From the NCBI GenBank assembly GCA_951406725.2, contig OX597839.1:20336001-20400000 (forward strand): 64,000 nt of DNA, given 5' to 3'. This DNA comes from Octopus vulgaris. Its lineage: Eukaryota. Every line of letters starts with the position of its first letter. Within the stretch, counting starts at the first letter, position 1. Positions 1 through 12,356 of the stretch are shown here, in pieces. Under the pieces are notes generated by a model. It was given only the letters and a program-made list of their open reading frames with translations. It made no database searches and was not told the DNA's origin. The translations under genes were made by a program, and so were the position numbers.

Positions 1-205
1 TGTGGGTAGTAAAGAAATAGGTATTTCGTCTACCGCTACATTCTGAGTTCAAATTCCGCCGAGGTCGACTTTGCCTTTCATCCTTTTCGGGGTCGATTAA
101 ATAAGTACCAGTTACGCACTGGGGTCGATATATATCGACCTAATCCGTTTGTCTGTCCTTGTTTGTCCCCTTTATGTTTAGCCTCTTGTGTGCAATAGAG
201 AAATT
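1..205 (+). mobile_element. SINE family A body, end of a tandem array
   Basis: Contains the junction taaagaaata|ggtatttcgtc, the B-box gagttcaaattcc and the body gtcgactttgcctttcatcctttcggggtcga. The same sequence recurs at many loci in this window. Confidence 0.85.
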
Positions 206-759
206 TTTTTTAAATATTATTATTATCATTATTATTATTATTTTTGTGCGTGCATGCGTCTGTGTGTGTATGTATGTATGTATGTTTGTATGTATGTGTT
301 CTCCAAAGCATTTTACACATTTCCTAATCTGTCCTTCATATTTGGTGTGCAACAATGCAATAACAAATTTTCCAAACTGTCTCTTAAACATATCGTCACC
401 TCCACGGACATATCTTCAAAACGAGATTATTTCATGGCGGCCTTTTATTGCCGTCATTACGACAGCAGTGAATTATACGAACGCCGTTCGTGTCTGTTTC
501 TCGGTCGTAATTACTGGAGTTTAAATTCTTGCACTGTAGGCGTCAGTTGTCTTTAAGCAAACAGGAAATTATTTGGCCATGATGTCTAGTGTTAAATTTG
601 TTGCGAGGAATCTTAAGACGATAAACTTCTTTTTGTCTTGGAAGATTTTGTTATAATTGCCTTATTAATACATTCACCGAATGCAGACTTTGATTTGGGA
701 AATATTATTTGAAGCATAAATTAGCAGTGGTTTATGGTAAAAAAGTTAGCGTAGCAAAA

Positions 760-1109
760 TCTCTGTATATATAAACGGCAAAATGTCTGTGTGCGTGTCC
801 TTTATACAAATCCGGAGGGCTCACACTTTCTATAGTCATTCAAAACCGTCCAAGGGTGGTCGTGCACATCTTTATATTTCCCCAGTCACCCCGCAAAGCC
901 ATTAAAAAATCAATAGAAGTGACTTTTTTGTGAATTTTCTATCCAAAACCCAATCAAAATGCCCGAAACTTGATACGCCAATTGAATGCCAGCTAGCTGT
1001 ATGTCATTGGTCAGAGATTTGGACAGTACTCGTGTGTATGTGCGCACGCACGCAGCTATATATTCATGCACTAGCACTATGACCCAGCATTGCTGGGTCA
1101 TAGTGCTAG
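760..1109 (+). mobile_element. Non-autonomous Helitron-like element
   Basis: Begins A|TCtctgtatatataaa and ends in a 3' hairpin followed by CTAG|T. No ORF. Confidence 0.6.
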
Positions 1110-1110
1110 T

Positions 1111-1772
1111 TTAAAGCATAAATTAGCAGTGGTTTATGGTAAAAAGTTAGCGTAACAAAACCACATCGTAGACCTCCGTGCTGACTCCCACTCCGTGATA
1201 GTTTGGGTAAGTGTCTTCTACTATAGCCTCGGGCCGACTTGACCTCTATGAGTGGATTTGGTAGAAGGAATCTGAAAAAAGTCCGTCGTGTGTATAAATA
1301 TTAATACATTCACCGAATACAGGCTTTGATTTGAGAAATAATATTTAAAGCATAAATTAGCAGTGGTTTATCGTAAAACGTTAGCGTAACAAAACCACAT
1401 CGTAAACTTCGGTGCTAACTCCCACTCCGTGATAGTTTGGGCAAGTGTCTTCTACTATAGCCTCGGGCCGACCTGACCTCTATGAGTTGATTTGGTTGAC
1501 GGAAACTGAAAGAAGCCCGTCGTGTGTATTTGTATGTATAAGTGTATATTTATGAGTGTGTCTCTTTGTGTTTGTGTTTATCCCCCGCCACCACTTGAAA
1601 GCCGGTCATGGTATGCTTATGTCTCTGTTAGTTAGCGGTTCGGCAAAAAGCGACTGATAGAACCAGACTTAAAGAATAAAATGTGTCCTGGGGTCGATTT
1701 ATTCGACTAAAATTCTTCAAGACGGTACCCCATTACGACCGCAGTTTAATGACTGAAACAAGTAAAAGAATA
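1111..1772 (+). mobile_element. Old diverged SINE family B copy whose 5' part and flank are tandemly duplicated (~235 bp unit)
   Basis: gtgtcttctactatagcctcgggccgac occurs twice. The tail is gactgaaacaagtaaaaga. The flank attaatacattcaccgaat occurs at both 664 and 1300. Confidence 0.75.
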
Positions 1773-2013
1773 AATTTGTCCTCAGATTGCCACCCAGACT
1801 CTCTGGAACTTCCAGCGCGTTTGCCATACAGTACAGCATGTCGTTTCCGAATTTATGGCAGAGTGGATTGCGTCATGATGCTGTTTTTATTTTCTCAAAG
1901 ACGGTGCCCGTCTGACTCTACCATACTGTGCAAACGACAAAATCAAAAACAATCAATGAGCATACCCAAAATTAAAAATATAAAATGACAACAATTTACC
2001 CATCGCACCCTGT

Positions 2014-2044
<31 letters not shown>

Positions 2045-2056
2045 TATATATATATA

Positions 2057-2450
2057 GTGGCTGTGTGGTAAGTAGCTTGCTTACCAACCACATGGTTCCG
2101 GGTTCAGTTCCACTGCGTGGCACCTTGGGCAAGTGTCTTTTACTATAGCCTCGGGCCGACCAAAGCCTTGTGAGTGGATCTGGTAGACGGAAACTGAAAG
2201 AAGCCCGTCGTATATATATATGCATGTGTGTGTATATGTTTGTGTGTCTGTGTTTGTCCCTCCAACATCGCCTGACAACCGATGCTGGTGTGTTTACGTC
2301 CCCGTAACTTAGCGGTTCGGCAAAATAGACCGATAGAATAAGAACTAGGCTTACAAAGAATAAGTCCTGGGGTCGATTTGGTCGACTAAAGCTGGTGCTC
2401 CAGCATGGCCACAGTCAAAATGACTCAAACAAGTAAAAGAGAGTAAAGAA
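2057..2450 (+). mobile_element. SINE family B (tRNA head, CORE-like segment, internal TA/TG microsatellite)
   Basis: A-box tggctgtgtgg, B-box-like ggttcagttcc, CORE-like ggcaccttgggcaagtg, and tail cagcatggccacagtc...gactcaaacaagtaaaag. Confidence 0.9.
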
Positions 2451-2573
2451 TATATGGCACCACAATCTCTCTGGCAGCCCCAGAGAAGTTTTAATCAACC
2501 CTTTGATTATTTCGCTCTATACACGTATTGAAGCCGTGACTGAGTGTCCGCTTGTTGTTTACGTTTATATAAA

Positions 2574-2608
<35 letters not shown>

Positions 2609-2924
2609 AACACGCACATATCTGTCTGTCTATACCCCACCCCAGACGACTACCGCCACCCGTCTGTCTTCCCTCGTAGCTCGCCGTCTAGATCCCTCCG
2701 TCTCTTTTACTGTTTAAAAACGAAAACCTTTTTCGGAAGCAAGTCTGTTTTTAGTCGTCGGTTTTTATAGTAAGAAGACATGATTCCGGAAGTTGTAATG
2801 TCATTCACTTCCGCTTCACAATGACGTGACGCGGGCTTTGTGACTCGGAGAAATATGTCGGTTACCTTGGTTTCGTAGTCTTTCCATTGTTGCACCAATC
2901 CTTCACCATCGTGCTGCCTCGTCT

Positions 2925-3690
2925 ACCAACACCGACACTACAACAACACAACAACCGCTACAACCACCAACACCACTAGCAACACCACTGCCGATACTAC
3001 TATTGCTACTATTCCTGTTGTTCATTATATTTACTGTAGCCTGTCCGTTAGCGCCGTCTCGACTCCTCAACCATCGCTAACCCACACCTCCACGCAAACA
3101 CGACGAATGCCACCACCACCACTGACACCTCTAACGCTACCACCATTATAAATACCAGACTACAATCTGCACTAACACCAACACTACCATCGCCACTAGC
3201 ACCATCATTACTACTGTACTAACACACCCACTATCACCACCACCACTACCATAAACATTTTCCACCACCACAACCACTAGAACCAAAACACTAACACCCA
3301 ACAACTACTACAACCACCACCACAACTACCACCACTACCACCTCTACAACTACTACCACCACCACCACCACCACCACCACAACTACCACCTCTAGAACTA
3401 CTACCACAACCACTACTACCACCACCACCACAACTACCACCTCTAGAACTACAACCACTACTACCACCAGAACTACAAGTGACAACACTACCAACACCAC
3501 AACCACCTCTATCACCACCACCACAACCTCTCAAACAAACAACCACCACTACCAACGACAATAACAACAGTAACAACAACAACAACAACAACACAACTAC
3601 CACTCATACCAATACCACACTACCCCAACTACCATCACCACAACCAATACAACTACCTTTGCTAATATCACCGTAGCTATCCCACTGAAG
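2925..3690. repeat. Degenerate (CAC/CAA/TAC)n low-complexity tract
   Basis: Trinucleotide-derived low complexity is directly visible. Confidence 0.85.
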
Positions 3691-3701
3691 AAAGTTTGAC
3701 C

Positions 3702-4095
3702 TCCACCACCATCACACCATCAACATAACGATCTTCACTACCACCACCACCACCACCACCACCACCACCCATCACACCATCAACATAAGGATCTTCACTA
3801 CCACCACCACCACCACCACCACCACCACCATCACACCGTCAACATAAGGATCTTCACTACCACCACCACCACCACCATCACACCATCAACATAAGGATCT
3901 TCACTACCACCACCACCACCACCATCACACCGTCAACATAAGGATCTTCACTACCACCACCACCACCACCACCATCACACCATCAACATAAGGATCTTCA
4001 CTACCACCACCACCACCACCACCACCATCACACCGTCAACATAAGGATCTTCACTACCACTACCACCACCACCACCACCACCACCACCACCACCA
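3702..4095. repeat. Minisatellite, ~51-60 bp unit, about 6 copies
   Basis: atcacaccatcaacataaggatcttcactac(cac)n is repeated with variable CAC length. Confidence 0.9.
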
Positions 4096-4314
4096 ATGCT
4101 ATCTTAGCCATCATCATTATATTAGCCGTAGCCATCTTAACGAAGACTTTCTAGCCCCGCGCAACCCTACCTCCATCCCCACCGCTTCGGCATCAGCAAC
4201 AGCGCCACCATCCGGGGGTTGCACCAATATCATTAATAAGGAGAACAGACATTTTATTGCAGTCATTACAAATAATTTAATCCCCACCGCATTACCACCA
4301 GCACCACCAGCACC

Positions 4315-4345
<31 letters not shown>

Positions 4346-4487
4346 GCACCACCAGCACCAGCACCACCACCAGCACCACCAGCGCCACCACCCAACTATA
4401 TGCCATCGGCGGACCAATCACCAATCTCTAGTCACCAATCACCAATCGTCAAATAGCGGCAATCCTTCGTCAGTATAGTTATATAGT

Positions 4488-5276
4488 CTACATACATAGA
4501 TACACACACACATACATACACACATACATACATATATACATGCATACATACACACACACATACATACATACATACATACATACATACATACACATACATA
4601 CATACACACACACATACATACATACATACATACATACATACATACATGCATGCATACATACACACACACATACATACATACATACATACATACATACATA
4701 CACACACATATATATACATACATACATACATACATGCATGCATACATACATACATGCATGCATACACAATACACACATATATATGTAAATACAGGCATAC
4801 ATACATATATATGTACATACACATATGCATATATACATACGTACATACATACATACATATGTACATGCATTTTATACATACATACATACATGTATGCAAG
4901 CAGATATACATACATATATATATATGTATGTATATAAATATATACATATGTGTGTGTGTGTACATATCTATAGATGCATACATATATACATACAGTCATA
5001 CGCTAGCACAAACCACACACATACACACACTCATATACATTTGCGTGTATATCCACATTTATATATATATATATGTGTGTGTACATATGTATATATGAAT
5101 ATATGTATGTATATATGTGTGTGTGCGTGTGTGTGTATGCATATATGTATGTATATGTATGCATGTATGTATGTATGTTTGTATAACCAGACACACAAAC
5201 ACACACACACATATACACATACACCACACAGCAATGACATACCAGGAATTATCGCCACACACATGCATGCACACAA

Positions 5277-5330
<54 letters not shown>
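4488..5330. repeat. (TACA)/(CA)/(TA) compound microsatellite
   Basis: Direct inspection. Confidence 0.95.
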
Positions 5331-5635
5331 TCACATGCCAGACTCTAAAACCTACACAAGCCGCCATTCAGGTAACAAAGTCTCCCTATAAATCAATTAA
5401 GACAATTTGTGTCAAACTTAATCAAGCATATTGAAGTGCTTGCGTCTATCATAAAGACACTCTTCCGTCTCCTCTTCCTTCCCCCTCTCTTTCACTCTCC
5501 CCTCTCTCTCTCTCTCTCTCTCTCTCTCCTACATATAAATATTTGTGTGTATGTGTGTGTATGGTTGTAGAAGTTAACATGTATGTATGTGCGTATGTAC
5601 CTTTTCATGCATGGATATATACGTGTGTATATTAG

Positions 5636-5800
5636 TATTTAATAACAGTTCGATTCGGTTGCTCCCAACACAAAGTTTCGCAGGCTCGTCGGATATGCCA
5701 CGCTCCTCAGGCGTAGGCACCAAAATCTGAGGAGTTTGTTTCATGTGACGACCTACGAAGCTTTAAGTTGCATGGAGCCCAATAAAACATTTATTAAATA
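5636..5800. mobile_element. Fold-back (MITE-like) imperfect palindrome
   Basis: Paired segments: tatttaataa/ttattaaata, gctcc/ggagc, aaagtttcgcagg/cctacgaagcttt, tcgtc/gacga, ctcctcag/ctgaggag. Confidence 0.55.
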
Positions 5801-5858
5801 GTAATATATATGCTCCAGTAATATCTGTTGAATCCCTCTTGCTTGTCAATCGTACATA

Positions 5859-6084
5859 CGAGTGTGGGCGCTGAAAAGTTCCTAGCTGTGGGCAAAAGAA
5901 AATAGAGGTACATCAGTTAATTATGATTTTATTCAACATGTCTCCCTCTCAGATTCACACACTTATTGCAGCGCTTCTTCAGCTTTTGTAAGCCCCGCAA
6001 AAAAAAAAAAAATCGGTAGGTTGGGCCTGCAATCAGGCCTCTCGCAATACCCTTAAAGCCAGGATTTTTTTTAGCATCCTATCG
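5859..6084. mobile_element. Mariner-type MITE (degraded)
   Basis: Imperfect TIRs: TA|cgagtgtgggcgctgaaaagttcctagct on the left and agccaggattttttttagcatcctatcg on the right. Confidence 0.6.
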
Positions 6085-6400
6085 TGTGTATATGTATATG
6101 ATATGTAGATGGGGCTATGTCCAAATTATTTCGTCATTTAGAAGATCTGCATATTCAGTAATTTTGTAGATGTTATCTTCTTTATATGAAAGTTGAAAAT
6201 ACTAGAAAAATACTGGAAAATAATGAAAGAATCTTTTTGTAGAGTAATTACATAACAAAGCAGCAAACTCGAAAACTTTAATATTGCCCATTACATCTGT
6301 TTCACGAGCTAATACGAGTTACAAAGATATACAAGTAGAAAGACGAAGACATCTATTAGTAATTCTTATATATATATTCTTATATATATATTCTTATATA

Positions 6401-6732
6401 GGCGCAGGGGTGGCTGTGTGGTAAGTAGCTTGCTAACCAACCACATGGTTCTGGGTTCAGTCCCACTGCGTGGCATCTTGGGCAAGTGTCTTCTGCTATA
6501 GCCCCGGGCCGACCAATGCCTTGCGAGTGGATTTGGTAGACGGAAACTGAAAGAAGCCTGTCGTATATATGTATATGTTTGTGTGTCTGTGTTTGTCCCC
6601 CTAGCATTGATAGAATAACTACTAGGCTTAGAAATAATAAGTCCTGGGGTCGATTTCTCCGACTGAAGCCCTTTAAGGTAGTGCCCCAGCATGGCCGCAG
6701 TCAGATAACTGAAACATGTAAAAGAATAAAGG
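6401..6732 (+). mobile_element. SINE family B (subfamily 2, internal deletion)
   Basis: Head ggcgcaggggtggctgtgtgg with subfamily diagnostics gctaacc, ggcatctt and ccaatgcc. Confidence 0.9.
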
Positions 6733-6736
6733 AATA

Positions 6737-6832
6737 CGTATGTATGTATGTATGTATGTATGTATGTATGTACACTCACATAATAAATAAACATACATAC
6801 ATACATACATACATAGAAAAAGAAAGAAGCCT

Positions 6833-6865
<33 letters not shown>

Positions 6866-6888
6866 CAAACAGACAGACAGACAGACAT

Positions 6889-6978
<90 letters not shown>

Positions 6979-6987
6979 CAGAGATAC

Positions 6988-7053
<66 letters not shown>

Positions 7054-7096
7054 ACAGACAGACAGACAGACATGATAGATAGATAGATAGATAGAT

Positions 7097-7130
<34 letters not shown>

Positions 7131-7153
7131 CAAACAGACAGACAGACAGACAT

Positions 7154-7191
<38 letters not shown>
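6737..7191. repeat. (TATG)/(GATA)/(GACA) microsatellites
   Basis: Direct inspection. Confidence 0.95.
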
Positions 7192-7315
7192 CTTAAAGAT
7201 TCAGATATGCTTAGTCTTAGACAGGTAGATATGAGCCCTACGACCCCACAACCCCACGACCTGTATTCATTACCTCACCATCACTACCACCACCACCATC
7301 ACCACCACCACCACC

Positions 7316-7346
<31 letters not shown>

Positions 7347-7705
7347 CAAACATCCCAATTACCCAGCAACAAAAGCAGCATCACCAGACCAAAAAAAAAA
7401 AAAAAACGGTAAGATAATGGAATCGCGTTTTTCTTCAAGAAACATGAAGGCACAAAAGACGTATATTGCGATGTCCAATTGAAAAAAAAATCGAGATGCC
7501 ACCCCAACCGAGGCTTTAAACGTTAGGTCGAATTGTTCCAAGTAAATTATCTACAACCGGAAATTAAACATTTCTCATTCTTGGACATTTTTTTTATTCA
7601 TTCTGCACAATTTATTTGTCTTTTTTATATATATATTTTTTTTTCCTAGATTGTTTTTTGCTTCAATTTGATTTTTTTTTTCTCACACCTTTCATTTTTA
7701 TAGAT

Positions 7706-7726
7706 TTCTCCTTATCTCTCTCTTTC

Positions 7727-7791
<65 letters not shown>

Positions 7792-7901
7792 TTTTCGATT
7801 TCTCACTCTGTCTCACTTCTTTTCTCTCTCTATCTATCTCTTTCTCTCTCTCTCCCTCTCTCTTTCTCTCTCTCTCTCCCTCTCTCTTTATCTCTCTCTC
7901 C

Positions 7902-7943
<42 letters not shown>

Positions 7944-8256
7944 TTTTCGATTTCTCACTCTTTCTGTCTCACTTCTTCTCTCTCTCTCTCTCTCTTTCTC
8001 TATCTCTCTCTCTCTGTTTCCCTCTATCTCTGTTTCTTACATATCTATGTATTTATATATATATATATATTTATCTACTATCTATCTACCTATCTATCTA
8101 ATTCTTTGTCTGTCTGTCTATCTATCTACATATTTGCCATTCTCTTTATTCGTATTGCTTATACCTATATATAAATATATGCACGCTCACACACATAAGT
8201 AATGTGTATATATACACACACAGACACATATAAAAACAGGTAGATAGATAGGTAGG

Positions 8257-8299
<43 letters not shown>

Positions 8300-8300
8300 G

Positions 8301-8379
<79 letters not shown>

Positions 8380-8613
8380 GTACGTAGATAGATAGATAGA
8401 TAGATACATACATACAGACAGACAGACACACATACATACATACATACATACATACATACATACATAATTACAAACACGCATATGTGTATATATATATATT
8501 ATATGTATATACGCACACTCCACATTGATATAATAGTCACGTGTTTTGTGCATGTGGAAAGATATAATTATATATACATATATACATACATACATATATG
8601 TATACATATATCC

Positions 8614-8645
<32 letters not shown>

Positions 8646-8690
8646 ATAAATCATATATGTACATAAACATGCACACACGCATACGTTCGT
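7706..8690. repeat. (CT)n, (GATA)n and (TACA)n microsatellite block
   Basis: Direct inspection. Confidence 0.9.
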
Positions 8691-9108
8691 GCACACAAAT
8701 ATATTCTTTTATTCTTTCATTCTTCAGAATCAATAGTTCATTGCAAAACCGAACGTGTTCTTTGAAAGTTCCACCATGTTACGTCTTTTTTATGTGTGTG
8801 TGTGTGTGTGATGAAACTGCACATGTGGGGACAGAACCCTGTTGTTGTTGTTGCTGTTGCTGGTGTTGATGTTGTTATTGCTGTTTTTGATGTTGATGTT
8901 GTCCTTTTGTTGTCTGCCGTTGTTATTTTACGCCAGGTCAACGGTAGTGGATTCGTACGTTTTCCAACCGTGACACTCCAGTATAGTTTTCAAACATAAC
9001 ATCTGGGAATATTATCAGATTGCGTCTGTGTATTTCTAAGACGCTAACGTGTATTTAGAAGGAAACTTAACTGCTATTTCTAGCATATTTCTGTGCTATT
9101 CTAGTATA

Positions 9109-9370
9109 GGCACAGGAGTGGCTGCGTGGTATGTAGCTTGCTTACCAATCATGTGGTTCCGGGTTCAGTCCCACAGCGTGGCACCTTGGGCAAGTGTCTT
9201 CTACTATAGCCTCGGGCCGACCAAAGCCTTGTGAGTGGATTTGGTAGATGGAAACTGAAAGAAGCCCGTCGTATATATGTATATATATATATGTGTATAT
9301 ATGTATATATATATGTCTGTATATCTGTCTGTTCACCCCTCCCGAACATCGCTTGACAACCGATGTTGGT
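9109..9370 (+). mobile_element. SINE family B, 3'-truncated
   Basis: Runs from the head through gacaaccgatgttggt and then breaks off. Confidence 0.88.
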
Positions 9371-9435
9371 AAGTTCAATATTTTAACAGTTCACGACTTA
9401 ATAGTCCATTACAGATATTAACATGCAAAAAATAA

Positions 9436-9836
9436 CGCAGGAGTGGCTGTGTGGTAAGTAGCTTGCTAACCAACCACATGGTTCCGGGTTCAGTCCCACT
9501 GCGTGGCATCTTGGGCAAGTGTCTTCTGCTATAGCCCCGGGCCGACCAATGCCTTGTGAGTGGATTTGGTAGACGGAAACTGAAAGAAGCCTGTCGTATA
9601 TATGTATATATATATATATATGTGTGTGTTTCTATGTCTGTGTTTGTCCCCCTAGCATTGCTTGACAACCGATGCTGGTGTGTTTACATCCCCGTCACTT
9701 AGCGGTTCGGCAAAAGAGACCGATAGAATAAGTCCTGGGCTTACAAAGAATAAGTCCCGGGGTCGATTTGCCCGACTAAAGGCGGTGCTCCAGCATGGCC
9801 ACAGTCAAGTGACTGAAACAAGTAGAAGAAAGAATA
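9436..9836 (+). mobile_element. SINE family B (subfamily 2), full length, nested
   Basis: Complete head-to-tail match to the other copies. Confidence 0.92.
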
Positions 9837-9917
9837 AAATACAATCAACACTAGTCCATTTGCAAATGAGGCGCCGGTCCTCTTACACATTATAACACTG
9901 AGGCTTTTAAACCTCTT

Positions 9918-11024
9918 GTCAATTTTTTACCTCATAATTGCTTGTGTCCGTGTACTCCGCCATAACCCATGCTTTGTTTAAAATCACGGCGGGGTCCGAG
10001 TTGGCGTCACCCGGCCACCAGCGATATTCCTCTTTTAGTCCGTCCAGCATCATAAACATGCGCAACGTTATGACCTCAGCTATCTACGGAGGCCATTTGG
10101 GGTCCCGTGTGAAAACAAAAGGCCCTCGTAGTGTTCTTTCACTATCTTTTCCACCTCTCTGCCTCTATAAAAGAAGACCACCAGTTTATCATCCATCGGG
10201 TCCGGGAGATGGGGGTCAATTTTACAGTTGGCGGTACAATTCCCGCCAATGGTGTCTCCCCCCGCTCCGGTGGCACAACCGACGAGGCTCCGTGACACTC
10301 TGGCGTCATGTCTCCGGCTGCCGGCAATGTCCCGTTTCCTCTTCCTCTTTTTTTCTTCTCGACTGGGGGTGGGTGCGTCTTCTCCGTGACCTGGAGATTC
10401 GCCTCCCATCCCTCATCCCCAGGATCCTTCGGTGAGCACCCATTATTGCTCTCCTTCTTCCGTTTGCGGCTCTTCTTTGAGGAGTCCTCCGCCTCTTCGG
10501 CCGCCTTCATTCCCTCGTCTACAGAGGTCTCCGTCAACCGCCCCGAGACTTTGCTTTGTCCTTGAGAACAGTTCTTTCTTATATAGCCAGGCTTTAAGCA
10601 CCGATGACACTTGGGGGGGAGGCGTCCCTCAAGAATCACCGGATACCTAGACCCGGCCATTCTCTTGGGCTTTTTCGGCCGTATCAAATCTGGCCTATAT
10701 TGTTCCATATATCCGGCCCCTCGCTATGTATTTTATGTTTTTCCATATAGGGGCCAGGCATTTTCTATTTCGCACTTTTCGAAGTGCTTGACTTTTTTTA
10801 GAAGGACAGTACGTTTTATAAACCACTGTCCTTCTCTTCCTATTTTCAACGCTAGGGGAGGGTGAGATCTTTATGTCCCCACCCTCCTCTTTCATTCTCT
10901 CAAAAAGCTCGGAGAGCTTCTCCGTTTCTATTACCACATTTTCACACGATACAGCGGCTACTGCCGCGAACTCTTTTGCTGGCTCATGCAGCTGGTTTGT
11001 TTCTTGAATTATTTCGACCGACAT
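9918..11024 (-). pseudogene. Frameshifted gag-like ORF1 with degenerate CCHC zinc knuckle
   Basis: ORF pieces 10695-11024 and 10142-10708 (VILEGRLPPKCHRCLKPGYIRKNC), plus a stop-interrupted continuation ending at about 9918. Confidence 0.6.
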
Positions 11025-11925
11025 ATTTCGTTCGAAATAAATTTATACACAATTTAATCCCAGAAAATCGGAAACCTACAATTTTTTACATTTTTTTTTC
11101 TCTCAACGAGGACAACAGTTCAAATCTCACCTCCGCTGGGGGGCGAGACGTAACAACAAAGCCTACAACGTTCGAAATTAAATTTTTCACACAGTAATAA
11201 AAATACAGTATCCCAAAAACGGGAAACCTATAATATTTTTTCCTCACAACGAGGACAACAGTTCAAATTTCACCCACGCTAGGGGCGGGTGTCACAATAG
11301 AGCCCACAACGGCTAAAATGTAATTTTTCTCGCAATAATATATTGATTGTCCCCAAAACGGGAAACCTATAATATTTCTTTCCTCTTAATGAGGATTACA
11401 GTTCAAATCCCACCCTCGCTGGTGAGGTGGGGGGTGCACGACAATAAAGCCTACAACGGCTTTAATAAGTTCAATGTTTCAACAGTTCACGACTGCAAAA
11501 AATGGCTTTACACAAACAATTACTTTCCCCCGTCACCGGGAAAAAGCACAGAAATTTTCAAAGTTTCAAAGTTCGACAATGTTCACCAAACAGTTCGAAA
11601 ATATTCAACAATAAACATTCAACAATTCCAACAGAAAAATTATCCAACGTTCAACAAAACGTTTGACTCACCGCCATAGAGAACACGTCTTTCCACGAGG
11701 CAGGTAAGCAAGATATTTACCACACAGCCACTCCTGACGACAACGGAGTGAATGATAGTATTGTTGTTTCCCGTTTTGTTTCTGTTGTGTCTATCTATTA
11801 TTGTTCATGTTATTTTTATTGGTCTTTTTGCGTTTGTTATTGCTGTTGTGTTTTTTGTTTGTTGTTGCTTTTGTGTTTTATGCTGTATTCTCTCATGTTT
11901 GTTGTGGATGCTGCGTTAGTTTTTG

Positions 11926-12356
11926 CGGATCTTTTCAGTTTGAACGGCAGTTTTTTTTAATAATTTCCACGTAACTGAACACTTTTAAACCTCGTTTTCT
12001 GGTAGAATGTGTTTATAAAACATCTTTTTCTCTTGGCTTTATTGAGAAAATTCTTTAGTTTGTAAGATATTTGTTGTTGTTTTTCTTCAATTTCTGCAAT
12101 TTCAACCAATCAATGACGTGTATTGAGGTAAAAAAAAAACATCCTGTGCCGTATGAATATGTCCCTCATTTAAGAAACAGATTGAGTTTATTTACATTTG
12201 TGAAGAAAAAAAAAACACCCTCCCCCCCCCGCCCCCACCTAACCCTAACCCTAAAACATATTGAAATGCAATAGATCGATACTAGGGTCATAATTATGGG
12301 TGACAATATCATATGACACTGCTAGAAAAAACTGCCGTTCAAACCGAAAAGATCCG
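11926..12356. mobile_element. MITE with ~31 bp TIRs and internal (CCCTAA) repeats
   Basis: TIRs cggatcttttcagtttgaacggcagtttttt and aaaaaactgccgttcaaaccgaaaagatccg. cctaaccctaaccctaa at 12238-12254. Confidence 0.85.

Larger units (their letters stand above)
9374..11702 (-). mobile_element. gag/ORF1-only non-LTR retroelement (L1/Tx1 ORF1-like, HAL1-like), interrupted by a SINE B
   Basis: Decayed ORF with a zinc knuckle CHRCLKPGY(H)IRKNC. Three ~135-140 bp repeats lie in the 5' UTR (about 11050-11460). No EN or RT sequence follows the ORF. Possible ggtaag TSD at 9368-9373 and 11703-11708. Confidence 0.6.

Noticed and set aside
1953-2278. Recurrent peptides [25 protein letters not shown] and RNWYLIYRPRKDERQSRPRRNLNSER
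   Set aside because: These are antisense translations of SINE families B and A, not a gene family.
4117-4395. Gly/Ala-rich ORF resembling a transcription-factor exon
   Set aside because: It is driven by (CCA/GCA)n and has no recognisable domain or clear splice sites. It cannot be supported, although a small exon cannot be excluded.
4412-4450. Four CCAAT boxes suggesting a promoter
   Set aside because: They are explained by a short tandem repeat (caccaat), and no linked gene is visible.
4432-5434. Numerous long YI/HT/CV/LS-repeat ORFs here and throughout the window
   Set aside because: These are translations of dinucleotide and tetranucleotide microsatellites.
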